Below, in pieces: positions 36,880 through 46,764 of a stretch of 64,000 nt of DNA (positions are counted from its first letter, which is position 1; every line of letters begins with the position of its first letter). The notes under the pieces are model-generated. The model saw only the letters and a list, made by a program, of their open reading frames with translations, was not told the origin of the DNA and did not search any database. This DNA comes from Alphaproteobacteria bacterium (lineage in GTDB: Bacteria; Pseudomonadota; Alphaproteobacteria; UBA2966): contig JASLXG010000039.1 in NCBI GenBank assembly GCA_030740435.1, positions 595 to 64,594 of the forward strand. The letters are read 5' to 3'. A program made the translations under genes and the position numbers.

Positions 36880-37725
36880 TCAACGCTGGCGCTTGGCACA
36901 ATAGAACGTCGAGCGGCCGGCCTGGCTGATGCGGCGCACGGTGGCGTCGCAATCGCAGCCCGGGCACTTCTCTCCCTCGCGCCCGTAGACCGAAAAATCG
37001 TGCTGGAAATAGCCCAGCTCGCCCGAGGCCTGGACGTAGTCGCGCAAGCTCGAGCCGCCGGCCGCGATGGCGTCGCGCAGCACCGCCTGCACCGCCGGCA
37101 CCAGCCGTTCGGCCCGCTTGCCGGCCACCGAGGCGGCCAGGCGGCGGGGCGAGATGCCGGCCCGGAAGAGCGCCTCGCAGGCATAGATGTTGCCCACCCC
37201 GGCGACGATCTTTTGGTCCAAGAGCGCCGCCTTGATGGGGGTTTGCCGGCCGCGCAAGCGGGCCGAGAAATCCTCGGCGTTGAACCGGTTGCCCAGGGGC
37301 TCGGGCCCCAGCCCGGCGAGCAACGGGTGGCTTTCGATCTCGTCCGTTGCGGCCAGCACCATCAGGCCGAAGCGGCGCACGTCGTTGAAGACCACGGTGG
37401 TGCCGTCGTCGGTTTCGATGATGACATGGTCGTGCCGGCCTGGGATGAAATTTTCGTGCCGGCCGGGCTCGTGGTTCTCGGCAAAAATAAGCCGTCCCGA
37501 CATGCCCAGGTGGACGATCAGCACGCTGTCGCCGAGATCCCACAAGAGGTACTTGGCGCGGCGCCGGATGGCTTCGATGCGGCGGCCCTCGAGACGGGCC
37601 GGAAAGTTCTCGGGAAAGGGCAGCCTGAGCCCCGCCCGGCGCTGCTCCAGGCGGCGGATGCGCCGCCCCACCAGGCGGCCCTGCAGGCCGCGGCAGACGG
37701 TTTCGACTTCGGGAAGTTCAGGCAT
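36880..37725 (-). CDS. mutM: Formamidopyrimidine-DNA glycosylase
   Basis: [23 protein letters not shown]-terminal zinc finger. Confidence 0.97.
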   Translation of the reverse strand: MPELPEVETVCRGLQGRLVGRRIRRLEQRRAGLRLPFPENFPARLEGRRIEAIRRRAKYLLWDLGDSVLIVHLGMSGRLIFAENHEPGRHENFIPGRHDHVIIETDDGTTVVFNDVRRFGLMVLAATDEIESHPLLAGLGPEPLGNRFNAEDFSARLRGRQTPIKAALLDQKIVAGVGNIYACEALFRAGISPRRLAASVAGKRAERLVPAVQAVLRDAIAAGGSSLRDYVQASGELGYFQHDFSVYGREGEKCPGCDCDATVRRISQAGRSTFYCAKRQR

Positions 37726-37790
37726 GGCGCACTCGTTCGGCTGGTGGCCCCAAGGTAGCGCCTCTCTCGGCCCTGCGCTATGGTTCGGAA

Positions 37791-38567
37791 ATGGACCAGC
37801 GGCGCGCAGACACCACCCATTTCGGCTTCCGCACGGTGGCCAGGCGGCACAAGGCGGCCCTGGTGCGCGAGGTCTTCGACGACGTCGCCGGGCGCTACGA
37901 CCTGATGAACGACCTCATGAGCGGCGGCGTTCACCGGCTCTGGAAGGCCGCCCTGGTGGAATGGCTGAAGCCGCGCCCGGGCATGCATCTCGTGGACGTG
38001 GCCGGCGGTACCGGCGATATCTCGTTCCGCGTGCTCGACAGCCTGGGAGGCGGCCAGGCGGCCCAGCGCGCCGGGTTTCGGGCCAGCATCTGCGACATCA
38101 ACCAGAACATGCTCGAGGCTGGCCGCAACCGGGCACAGGACCGCGGATTCGTCGCCGGCGTCGACTGGCTCTGTGCCGATGCCGAGGCGCTGCCGCTGGA
38201 CGACGCCAGCGTCGACGCCTACACCATCGCCTTCGGCATCCGCAACGTCAGCCATATCGCCGCCGCCCTGGCCGAGGCGCGGCGCGTGCTGCGCCCGGGC
38301 GGGCGCTTCCTCTGCCTCGAATTCAGCCGCCTGGTGCTGCCCGGTCTGACGGCGCTATACGATGCCTATTCCTTCCGCGTGCTGCCGGCGCTGGGCGAGG
38401 TCGTGACCGGCAACCGCGAGGCCTACCTCTATCTCGCCGAGAGCATCCGCCGCTTTCCCGACCAGCAGGATTTTGCCGCCATGATCGGCGCGGCCGGCCT
38501 TGACCGCGTGCGGGTACGCAATCTCTCGGGTGGCATCGCCGCCATGCACTCGGCCTGGCGGCTCTGA
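37791..38567 (+). CDS. ubiE: Ubiquinone/menaquinone C-methyltransferase
   Basis: [46 protein letters not shown]. Confidence 0.96.
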   Translation: MDQRRADTTHFGFRTVARRHKAALVREVFDDVAGRYDLMNDLMSGGVHRLWKAALVEWLKPRPGMHLVDVAGGTGDISFRVLDSLGGGQAAQRAGFRASICDINQNMLEAGRNRAQDRGFVAGVDWLCADAEALPLDDASVDAYTIAFGIRNVSHIAAALAEARRVLRPGGRFLCLEFSRLVLPGLTALYDAYSFRVLPALGEVVTGNREAYLYLAESIRRFPDQQDFAAMIGAAGLDRVRVRNLSGGIAAMHSAWRL

Positions 38568-38582
38568 GTTCCGGGGGCTGAG

Positions 38583-40136
38583 GTGATACGAGCGCTGCGC
38601 AATCTGGGCCGGGTGATCCGAATCGGCCGCACCCTGGCGCGCCATGACGCCTTGTTTCCGCTCGATGGCGCCGGCCTGCCGCCCTATCTGGTGCGCGGCC
38701 TGAAGTTGCTGGCCGGGCCGCCGGGGCGTTTGCCGGGCGAGCTCAGGCCTGGCCAGCGCCTGGCCGCGGCGCTGCAGGAACTGGGCCCCAGCTTCATCAA
38801 GTTCGGCCAGGCGCTGTCGACCCGGCCCGATGTCGCCGGCGATGCCATCGCCGCCGATCTGGGTGAGCTGCGCGACCAGTTGCCGCCCTTTGCCGCCGAT
38901 GCTGCGCGCCAGATCGTCGAGACCGAGTTCGACCGTCCGCTGGACGAGATGTACGCCCGCTTCGACGACCAACCGTTGGCCGCCGCCTCGATCGCCCAGG
39001 TTCACATGGCCGAAACCAGCGACGGTGCCTTGGTCGCCGTCAAGGTACTGCGGCCCGGCATCGAGCAGGCCTTCCAGCGCGACCTCGAGCTGTTTTATTG
39101 GCTGGCCGAAATGGTCGAGTCCTTCCAGCCCGACTTCCGCCGCCTGCGCCCCGTCGAAGTCGTGCACACCTTCAACGACACCGTCGATCTCGAGTTGGAC
39201 CTGCGCCTCGAGGCAGCCGCGGCCTCGGAACTGGCGGAGAACTTCGAGGGCGACGAGAGCTTTCGCGTGCCCCAGGTCGACTGGAGCCGCACCGAACGGA
39301 GGGTGCTGACGCTGGAACGCATCGAGGGCATCCCGATCGACGATATCGAAGCCCTGAAGGCGGCCGGCCACGACCTCGACGCGGTGGCCGCCAAGGTGCT
39401 GCTGGCTTTTCTCAGGCAGGCCTTCCGCGACGGCTTCTTCCACGCCGATTTGCACCAGGGAAACCTTTTCGTCGACCCAGACGGCAACATCATCGCGGTC
39501 GATTTCGGCATCATGGGCCGGCTCGACCGCCGCACCCGGCGCTACGTCGCCGAGGTGCTGCTGGCCTTCCTCACCGGCGAATATCGCCGCGCCGCCGAGG
39601 TCCATTTCGAGGCCGGCTACGTACCAATGCACAAATCCCTCGATCTTTTCACCCAGGCCTGCCGCTCCATCGGCGAACCCATCCAGGGCCGGCCGCTGAA
39701 CGAGATCTCCATCGCCCGCCTTTTGGCCCAGCTCTTTCGCATCACCGAAACCTTCGCCATGCAGACCCAGCCCCAGTTGCTGCTCTTGCAAAAGACCATG
39801 GTGGTGGCCGAAGGGGTGTGCCGCAACCTGGGCCCCGGCGCCAACTTCTGGGAAATCGCCAAGCCCTTCCTGGCCGACTGGGTCAAACAGAACCTGGGAC
39901 CCGAAGCCGCCGTACGCGACACCGTGGACGAGGCCGCCGCCACCATGCGCCAAATCCCCGGGCTGATGGAAAAGGCCCAATTCGCCGCCAGCGCCTTGAC
40001 GCCCCGAGGCCTGCGCCTCCACCCTGACAGCGAACGCGCCATTGCCTACCAGGCGGCGCGGCGGCGCGGCCTGGTGCCGATGCTGCTGTTCGCCGTGGCG
40101 GTGGGCTTGGTGCTGCTGCTGGCAGCCAAAATGTAG
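38583..40136 (+). CDS. ubiB: Ubiquinone biosynthesis kinase-like protein
   Basis: LGPSFIKFGQ, AASIAQVH, VAVKVLRP, FFHADLHQGN, DFGIMGRL. Confidence 0.96.
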   Translation: MIRALRNLGRVIRIGRTLARHDALFPLDGAGLPPYLVRGLKLLAGPPGRLPGELRPGQRLAAALQELGPSFIKFGQALSTRPDVAGDAIAADLGELRDQLPPFAADAARQIVETEFDRPLDEMYARFDDQPLAAASIAQVHMAETSDGALVAVKVLRPGIEQAFQRDLELFYWLAEMVESFQPDFRRLRPVEVVHTFNDTVDLELDLRLEAAAASELAENFEGDESFRVPQVDWSRTERRVLTLERIEGIPIDDIEALKAAGHDLDAVAAKVLLAFLRQAFRDGFFHADLHQGNLFVDPDGNIIAVDFGIMGRLDRRTRRYVAEVLLAFLTGEYRRAAEVHFEAGYVPMHKSLDLFTQACRSIGEPIQGRPLNEISIARLLAQLFRITETFAMQTQPQLLLLQKTMVVAEGVCRNLGPGANFWEIAKPFLADWVKQNLGPEAAVRDTVDEAAATMRQIPGLMEKAQFAASALTPRGLRLHPDSERAIAYQAARRRGLVPMLLFAVAVGLVLLLAAKM

Positions 40137-40251
40137 CCCCCAGAGGAGGTCTTGCGGGCCTTGCGTTGATTATCGTGGAGAGCTAGGCTGCGGTGGAGTT
40201 CCACAGGCATTTTGCGTGAATTAGGCCTTTTTTCGAAAATAGGTATCCGTC

Positions 40252-41454
40252 GTGCTGAATGGCAAACGTATCCTGTTGATCATCTCCGGCGGCATCGCCG
40301 CCTACAAGACGCTCGAGCTGATCCGCCGCCTGGGCGAGCGCGGCGTCGGCGTGCGCACCATCCTGACGAAATCCGGGGCGCAATTCGTGACGCCCCTTTC
40401 CGTGGCGGCGCTGAGTGGCGAGCGGGCCTACCAGGACCTTTTCTCGCTGACCGACGAAAGCGAGATGGGCCACATTCGCCTCTCGCGCGAGGCCGACCTG
40501 GTGGTGGTGGCGCCGGCCACCGCCAACATCATGGCCAAGGCCGCCGCCGGCATCGCCGACGATCTGGCCACCACGGCGCTCTTGGCCACCGACAAGCCGG
40601 TGCTGATGGCGCCGGCCATGAACCTACAGATGTGGGCCCACGAGGCCACCCAGCGCAACGCCACGCGGCTGGTCGACGACGGTGTTCTCATGGTCGGCCC
40701 CGAGGCCGGCGACCTGGCCTGCGGCGAAATCGGTTCGGGCCGCATGGCCGAGCCGGCCACCATCTTGGCCCGCATTAGCGAGCTGCTGGCCCCGGCGGGA
40801 ACGCCGCTGGCGGGCCGGCGGGCGCTGATCACCTCGGGCCCGACGCGCGAGCCCATCGATCCGGTGCGCTACATCTCCAACCATTCGTCCGGCAAACAGG
40901 GCCACGCCGTGGCCGGCGCCCTGGCCGCCTTGGGGGCGGCGGCGACGCTGGTCACGGGCCCCAGCGCCGAGGCCGACCCGGCCGGCGTCGAGGTGGTGCG
41001 GGTCGAGACGGCGCGCCAGATGTTGGATGCCTGCCAGGCGGCGCTGCCGGTCGACATCGCGGTTTGTGCCGCGGCCGTGGCGGATTGGCGCATTGCCGCC
41101 CCGGCCAGCGGCAAGATGAAGAAGGACGGCGCCGGGCCGCCCGAGCTCAGTTTCGTCGAGAACCCCGACATCCTGGCCACCATCGCCGGCCTCGCCGAGC
41201 AGCGCCCGGCGCTGGTCGTCGGTTTTGCCGCCGAGACCGAAAACGTGGTCGAAAACGCCCTCGCCAAGTGCCGGCGCAAGGGCTGCGACTGGCTGGTCGC
41301 CAACGACGTTTCCAGCCAGAGCGGCACTTTCGGCGGCGAGCACAATACCGTTCACTTGATAGAAGGCGATGCCAGCGAAGCCTGGCCCAAGCTCAGCAAA
41401 CAGGCGGTGGCCGAGCGTTTGGGCCGGCGCATAGCGGATCATTTCGCGGGCTAG
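40252..41454 (+). CDS. coaBC: Phosphopantothenoylcysteine decarboxylase/ligase
   Basis: GGIAAYK, PAMN, LACGE, GPTREPIDPVRYISNHSSGKQG, GFAAET. Confidence 0.97.
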   Translation: MLNGKRILLIISGGIAAYKTLELIRRLGERGVGVRTILTKSGAQFVTPLSVAALSGERAYQDLFSLTDESEMGHIRLSREADLVVVAPATANIMAKAAAGIADDLATTALLATDKPVLMAPAMNLQMWAHEATQRNATRLVDDGVLMVGPEAGDLACGEIGSGRMAEPATILARISELLAPAGTPLAGRRALITSGPTREPIDPVRYISNHSSGKQGHAVAGALAALGAAATLVTGPSAEADPAGVEVVRVETARQMLDACQAALPVDIAVCAAAVADWRIAAPASGKMKKDGAGPPELSFVENPDILATIAGLAEQRPALVVGFAAETENVVENALAKCRRKGCDWLVANDVSSQSGTFGGEHNTVHLIEGDASEAWPKLSKQAVAERLGRRIADHFAG

Positions 41455-41458
41455 CGCG

Positions 41459-41911
41459 ATGACGCTCGAGGTTGCGATCACCCAGCTTCCCCACGCTGCC
41501 GGCCTGGAGTTGCCGGCCTACGAATCCGATCTCGCGGCCGGGCTCGATTTGCGCGCCGCCGTGACCGATCCGGTGGTGCTCGAGCCGGGCGCCCGGGCGC
41601 TGATTCCCACCGGCCTGGCCCTGGCCCTGCCGGCCGGTTTCGAGGCGCAAGTGCGGCCGCGCTCGGGCCTGGCATTGAAAAACGGCGTCACCGTGCTCAA
41701 TAGCCCCGGCACCATCGATGCCGACTATCGCGGCGAGGTCGGCGTAGTGCTGGCCAATTTCGGCGATCAGGCCTTCAGCGTGACGCGCGGCGACCGCATC
41801 GCCCAGCTCGTGGTGGCGCCGGTGACTCGCGTGGTTTGGCGGTCGCAGGACGACCTGGTGGCCAGCGACCGTGGCGCCGGCGGATTTGGCTCGACCGGAG
41901 GCGGCTGGTGA
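41459..41911 (+). CDS. dut: dUTP diphosphatase
   Basis: AGLDL, RPRSGLA, GTIDADYRGE, RGAGGFGSTG. Confidence 0.98.
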   Translation: MTLEVAITQLPHAAGLELPAYESDLAAGLDLRAAVTDPVVLEPGARALIPTGLALALPAGFEAQVRPRSGLALKNGVTVLNSPGTIDADYRGEVGVVLANFGDQAFSVTRGDRIAQLVVAPVTRVVWRSQDDLVASDRGAGGFGSTGGGW

Positions 41912-42363
41912 TCCGGCTTTCCAAGCGCATGGTGCACGCCCTCGAGGCGGTGGTCGACATCGCCTACAACGCCGGTCCCCATCCCGTGCAATCGCGCGAC
42001 ATCACGGCGCGCCAGCACATTCCCCAGCGTTACCTGGAGCAAGTCATGCAGCGCCTGGTGCGGGCCGGCGTGCTCAAGGGCGTGCGCGGTCCCAAGGGCG
42101 GCTACCGGCTGGCCCGCGAGCGCCGCCGCATCACGGTGGGCGAGGTGGCCCGGGTGATCTACGAGCTCGAGGCGGCCGACGATCCCATCACGGGGGCAGA
42201 GGGCTCGGAGCTGGCCCAACAGGTGGTGCGGCCGGTGTGGCATGAGTTGCGCCAGGATTTGATGAGCCGGCTCGACACCATCACCATCGAGGATCTCTGC
42301 CGCCAGGCCCATCAGTTGGGCATCGAAAGCGACGCCCGCCGGCGCGCCGATTTCGCCATCTGA
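41908..42363 (+). CDS. Rrf2 family regulator (CymR-like, no Fe-S Cys triad)
   Basis: RYLEQVMQRLVRAG..VRGPKGGYRLAR; GTG start overlaps dut stop; precedes cysK. Confidence 0.9.
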   Translation: MIRLSKRMVHALEAVVDIAYNAGPHPVQSRDITARQHIPQRYLEQVMQRLVRAGVLKGVRGPKGGYRLARERRRITVGEVARVIYELEAADDPITGAEGSELAQQVVRPVWHELRQDLMSRLDTITIEDLCRQAHQLGIESDARRRADFAI

Positions 42364-42372
42364 GGCACCTAC

Positions 42373-43335
42373 ATGCCAAAATCAAAAAGCCCGCAAGCGG
42401 GCGGCGCCATTTACGCCAACATCTCGGAGACCGTCGGCCGCACCCCGCTGGTGCGTCTCGAGCGCCTGGCCTTTGATGCCGGCTGCGGCGCCGACATCGT
42501 GGCCAAGCTCGAATTCTTCAATCCCCTGGGCTCCGTCAAGGATCGCATCGGGGTGGCCATGATAGAGGCCCTCGAGGCGGCCGGCCGGCTCGGCCCGGAG
42601 ACCGTGCTGGTCGAACCGACTTCGGGCAACACCGGCATCGCCTTGGCCTTCGTCTGCACCGCCAAGGGCTACCGTTTGATTCTGACCATGCCCGAAACCA
42701 TGTCCGCGGAAAGGCGCAAGATGCTGCGCATCCTGGGCGCCGAGATCGAGCTCACCCCGGCCGAACGCGGCATGTCCGGTGCCATCGCCCGGGCCGAGGA
42801 GCTGATCGCTGCGCTGCCCGACGCGGTCATGCCGCAGCAGTTCGAGAACCCGGCCAATCCCGACGTCCACCGCCGCACCACGGCCGAGGAGATCTGGCAC
42901 GACACGGCCGGCCAGGTCGATGCCGTGGTGCTGGGCGTCGGCACCGGCGGCACGCTCACCGGCGTCGGTGGTGTGCTCAAGCAACGCCGGCCCGGGCTCA
43001 GGATGATCGCCGTCGAGCCCGAGGATAGCCCGGTGCTGTCGGGCGGGCCGCCGGGACCGCACGCCATCCAGGGCATCGGCGCCGGTTTCGTGCCCCAGGT
43101 GCTGGACACCGGGTTGATCGACGAGATCGTCACCATCGCCAACGAAACCGCCTTCGAGACGGCCCGCCGGGTGGCCCGGCTCGAGGGTCTGCCGGTGGGT
43201 ATTTCTTCCGGGGCAGCATTGGCCGCGGCACTTGAGGTCGGTGTCCGGCCCGAGATGGCGGGCCGGATGCTGGTGGTGATCGTGCCCTCGTTTGCCGAGC
43301 GCTACGTCACCACGGCGCTTTTCGACGAGCTCTGA
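42373..43335 (+). CDS. cysK: Cysteine synthase A
   Basis: [42 protein letters not shown]. Confidence 0.96.
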   Translation: MPKSKSPQAGGAIYANISETVGRTPLVRLERLAFDAGCGADIVAKLEFFNPLGSVKDRIGVAMIEALEAAGRLGPETVLVEPTSGNTGIALAFVCTAKGYRLILTMPETMSAERRKMLRILGAEIELTPAERGMSGAIARAEELIAALPDAVMPQQFENPANPDVHRRTTAEEIWHDTAGQVDAVVLGVGTGGTLTGVGGVLKQRRPGLRMIAVEPEDSPVLSGGPPGPHAIQGIGAGFVPQVLDTGLIDEIVTIANETAFETARRVARLEGLPVGISSGAALAAALEVGVRPEMAGRMLVVIVPSFAERYVTTALFDEL

Positions 43336-43341
43336 GCGAAC

Positions 43342-44163
43342 ATGGATTTCTCCGAAGAACAGATCGAGCGCTATGCCCGCCACATCGTGCTGCGCGAGGT
43401 GGGCGGCATCGGCCAGGCAAAACTGCTGCAATCGAGCGTGCTGCTGGTCGGTGCCGGCGGGCTGGGCTCGCCGCTCTTGATGTACCTGGCCGCCGCCGGT
43501 GTGGGCCGCATCGGCATCGTCGACGACGACACCGTCAGCGCTTCCAACCTGCAGCGCCAGATCGCCCACACGCTGGACCGTTTGGGCCAGCCCAAGACCG
43601 AAAGCGCGCAACGCACCGCGGCGGCGCTAAACCCGGACGTCGTGGTCGAGACCCACACCACCCGGCTGGCGGCCGAGAACGCCCTTGAGCTGATCGCCGC
43701 TTACGACCTGGTGGCCGACGGCAGCGACAATTTCGCCACCCGCTTCCTGGTCGCCGACGCCTGCCACCTGGCGGGACGCAGCCTGGTTTCAGCCTCGATC
43801 CTGCGTTTCGACGGTCAGCTTTCGACCTTCCGCTCGCACCTGGGTGGCGACAATCCCTGCTACCGCTGCCTCTACCCCGAGGCGCCGCCGCCGGGCCTGG
43901 TGCCGAGCTGTGCCGAGGGTGGCGTGCTGGGCGCCCTGGCCGGGGCCATGGGATCCTTGCAGGCCACCGAGGTGATCAAGGAGATCCTCGGTGTGGGCGA
44001 CAGCCTGGCCGGCTGGCTGGTGATCTACGAGGCGCTCGGCACCACCTGGCGCAAGGTGCGCGTCCGCCCCGACCCCAACTGCCGGCTCTGCGGCCCCGAG
44101 GCCAGTATTACCGATCTTTCGCAGCACCGGGGCGGCGACGAAGACGCCCAGCGAAACCTATGA
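43342..44163 (+). CDS. moeB: MoeB/ThiF-family adenylyltransferase
   Basis: RYARHI, VGAGGLG, SNLQRQ, DGSDNF, CYRC, SCAEGGVLG, CRLC. Confidence 0.9.
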   Translation: MDFSEEQIERYARHIVLREVGGIGQAKLLQSSVLLVGAGGLGSPLLMYLAAAGVGRIGIVDDDTVSASNLQRQIAHTLDRLGQPKTESAQRTAAALNPDVVVETHTTRLAAENALELIAAYDLVADGSDNFATRFLVADACHLAGRSLVSASILRFDGQLSTFRSHLGGDNPCYRCLYPEAPPPGLVPSCAEGGVLGALAGAMGSLQATEVIKEILGVGDSLAGWLVIYEALGTTWRKVRVRPDPNCRLCGPEASITDLSQHRGGDEDAQRNL

Positions 44164-44301
44164 TACCGAATCCGAATGATTAATTCGGGTGCGGTATCAA
44201 GCCGCCATTGAGGCGGCGGCCAAGTGCGCGGACGCGCACGCCCGGTGAGGGAGCAAAAAAAACCATACGAAATCCGAATTAATCATTCGGATTTCGTATG
44301 A
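44161..44301. repeat. Inverted dimer of a ~39-bp palindromic unit (REP/MITE-like)
   Basis: Unit A 44161-44199 (17-bp arms, loop GATTA); unit B 44264-44300 (perfect 16-bp arms, loop TAATC) in opposite orientation. Confidence 0.88.
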
Positions 44302-44339
44302 CGTCATAGTTTTTCTAGGTTTTCGATCGTTTGTCCGGG

Positions 44340-45329
44340 CTACGTGTACTGCCCCGGCAGCACGCGGTCCGGCGGCACGTGGCCGTCGGCGAAGGTCTTG
44401 ATGTTGATGATCACCTTCTCGCCCATCTCGACGCGGCTTTCCAGGGTGGCCGATGCCATGTGGGGCAAGAGCACGACGTTGTCGAGCTGCATCAGTTTGG
44501 GGTTCACCGCGGGCTCGTGTTCGAAGACGTCGAGCCCGGCCCCGGCCAGGCGGCCGGCGCGCAACAGGCGCGTCAGGGCGTTTTCGTCGATGACCTCGCC
44601 GCGCGAGGTGTTGACCAGGTAGGCGTGCGGCTGCACCAGCTCGAGGCGCCGGGGCGACAGCAGGTGGTAGGTGGCGGGCGTGTGCGGGCAGTTGACCGAG
44701 ATGATGTCCATGCGCGCCACCATCTGGTCGAGGCTCTCCCAGTAGGTGGCTTCGAGCTCGGAGGCGATCTCGGGATGCACCTGGTTGCGGTTGTGGTAGT
44801 GGATCGAGAGGCCGAAACCCCGGGCCCGGCGGGCCACGGCCTGGCCGATGCGGCCCATGCCGATGATGCCCAGCCGCTTGCCGCCGACGCGGTGGCCCAG
44901 CATCGAGGTCGGCGACCAGCCCCGCCAGTCGCCCGAGCGCATCAGCCGCTCGCCCTCGGCCAGGCGCCGCGCCACGGCCAGGATCAGGGCCATGGTCATG
45001 TCGGCCGTGTCCTCGGTGAGCACGCCCGGCGTGTTGGTTACCGTGATGCCGCGCTCGCGGGCCGAGGCCAGGTCGATGTGGTCGACGCCGTTGCCGAAAT
45101 TGGCGATCAGCCGCAGACCGGCGTTGCTCTGCGAGAGCACCCGGGCGTCGATGCGGTCGGTCACCGTGGGCACCAGCACGTCGGCGGTCTTGACCGCCTC
45201 GACCAATTGCTCGGAGCTCAGGGGCACGTCTTCGACGTTCAGCCGCACCTCGAAGAGTTCCATCATGCGGGTCTCTATGACGTCGGGCAGCTTGCGCGTG
45301 ACGATGGCCAGGGGTTTGTTGCTGCTCAT
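44340..45329 (-). CDS. D-2-hydroxyacid (glyoxylate/glycerate) dehydrogenase
   Basis: NTPGVLTEDTAD, GMGRIG, NTSRG, GLDVFEHEP, LPHMAS. Confidence 0.93.
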   Translation of the reverse strand: MSSNKPLAIVTRKLPDVIETRMMELFEVRLNVEDVPLSSEQLVEAVKTADVLVPTVTDRIDARVLSQSNAGLRLIANFGNGVDHIDLASARERGITVTNTPGVLTEDTADMTMALILAVARRLAEGERLMRSGDWRGWSPTSMLGHRVGGKRLGIIGMGRIGQAVARRARGFGLSIHYHNRNQVHPEIASELEATYWESLDQMVARMDIISVNCPHTPATYHLLSPRRLELVQPHAYLVNTSRGEVIDENALTRLLRAGRLAGAGLDVFEHEPAVNPKLMQLDNVVLLPHMASATLESRVEMGEKVIINIKTFADGHVPPDRVLPGQYT

Positions 45330-45489
45330 CAGGCTCTCCGGGCGGCGCCCCGTGGCGCGGGTCGATGGTGCGGCCGGCGCCGGCACCTGGGATCACCCCT
45401 GTCTAGCAAATACCGCTGCGGGTGACAAATCGCCCGCCGCCACGCCGCCCGCCCTTGACCATGGCCCATACCGGCGGCATAGAAGGGGT

Positions 45490-46029
45490 ATGCTACGTCT
45501 GCTCCGGCTGGCCCCCCCCGGCTGCTCCATCGGCGCCCCCAACGGCGCCTTCTTCGGCGCCCTGTTGATGGCGCTGGCAAGCCTGCCGCTGGCTGCCCTG
45601 GCGGCCGGCGAGAGCGGGCTCAAGGTGCCGCGCTTCGTTTCCTTGCGCGCCGATCCGGTCAATGTCCGGGCCGGCCCCGGCGTGCGCTTTCCCATCGCCT
45701 GGATATTCGTGCAAAACGACCTGCCGGTCGAGGTGGTGGCCGAATACGAATTCTGGCGCCGCATCCGCGACCTCGACGGGGCCGAGGGCTGGGTCCACAA
45801 AAGCCTGATCAGCGGCGACCGCTGGGCCATCGTGACGGGCAAGAAACCGCGTCCCTTGCGCCGCCGGCCCAAGGCCAAGGCAGCGCCGGTGATGCGCGCC
45901 GAGGCCGGCGTGCTGGGGCGCTTGCTGCGCTGCAACGGCCAGTGGTGCCAGTTGCGCATCGCCGGCCGCAAGGGCTGGATCCGCCAGGCCTTCGTCTGGG
46001 GCGCCTACCCCGGCGAAACCGTGGACTGA
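45490..46029 (+). CDS. Exported tandem bacterial SH3 domain protein
   Basis: Hydrophobic leader then SGLKVPRFVSL..NVRAGPG..WRRIRD.DG.EGWV..C..QWC..GWI; start uncertain. Confidence 0.85.
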   Translation: MLRLLRLAPPGCSIGAPNGAFFGALLMALASLPLAALAAGESGLKVPRFVSLRADPVNVRAGPGVRFPIAWIFVQNDLPVEVVAEYEFWRRIRDLDGAEGWVHKSLISGDRWAIVTGKKPRPLRRRPKAKAAPVMRAEAGVLGRLLRCNGQWCQLRIAGRKGWIRQAFVWGAYPGETVD

Positions 46030-46050
46030 CGCTACGGGCTTTTCTTGGTG

Positions 46051-46764
46051 TCAGCCGTAGCGGTGCAGCGCCGTGCCGTGCTGCGAGAGCCAATCCCGCG
46101 GTGACTGGCTGTCGAGCACCAATTGCTCGACCAGATCCCAGAACCGGGCGCCGTGGTTGAGCTCGAGCAAGTGCGCCACCTCGTGGGCGACGACGTAATC
46201 GAAAACCGCCTCCGGCGCCAGGATCAGGCGCCAAGAGAACGAGAGCCCGCCCTGGGCCGAGCAACTGCCCCAGCGGGTGCGGGGGTCGCGGATGGTCAGG
46301 CGCTGGAAGCCGGCATCGATGCGCCCGGCCGCCGCCTCGACGCGGTCGAGCGCTTCGCGGCGGGCCGAGAGCTTGAGCCAGTCGCCGAGCCGTCGCCCGA
46401 GGTGGGCGAGCCCGCCACTGACGCAAATGTTGCCGGCTTCGAGCCAGACCGGGGCGGGCCGCTGGCCCAGCCGGGTCTCGGGCCGATGGCAGACGACGTG
46501 GGGCCGGCCGAGATAGGGGATCGTGGCGCCGGCGGCGAACGGTACCTGTTCGGGCAAGGCCGCCAGGCGGTCGGCCAGCCAGGCGCCATGCTCGGCCGCG
46601 AAGGCCAGGCCGCGGCGGCGCGAGATGCCACGCGGCAGTACCAGCTCGGCGCCGCGCCGGGGATCGATCTTCAGCGCCATGCGCCGGGCCCGGGCGCTGG
46701 GGCGTACGCGGATGGCGTAGTGCTGCCCGCCGTGCGTTATGACCGCCGGATCGTCTCGGCTCAT
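46051..46764 (-). CDS. YgjP/DUF45-like zinc metallohydrolase
   Basis: TRWGSCS, FSWRLILAP, YVVAHEVAHL..NHGARFW. Confidence 0.9.
   Translation of the reverse strand: MSRDDPAVITHGGQHYAIRVRPSARARRMALKIDPRRGAELVLPRGISRRRGLAFAAEHGAWLADRLAALPEQVPFAAGATIPYLGRPHVVCHRPETRLGQRPAPVWLEAGNICVSGGLAHLGRRLGDWLKLSARREALDRVEAAAGRIDAGFQRLTIRDPRTRWGSCSAQGGLSFSWRLILAPEAVFDYVVAHEVAHLLELNHGARFWDLVEQLVLDSQSPRDWLSQHGTALHRYG

Noticed and set aside
40191-40206. GTGGAGTTCCACAG before coaBC as a DnaA box
   Set aside because: Isolated, with several mismatches to consensus.
44161-44301. CRISPR array
   Set aside because: Only two units, inverted rather than direct, and no cas genes in the window.
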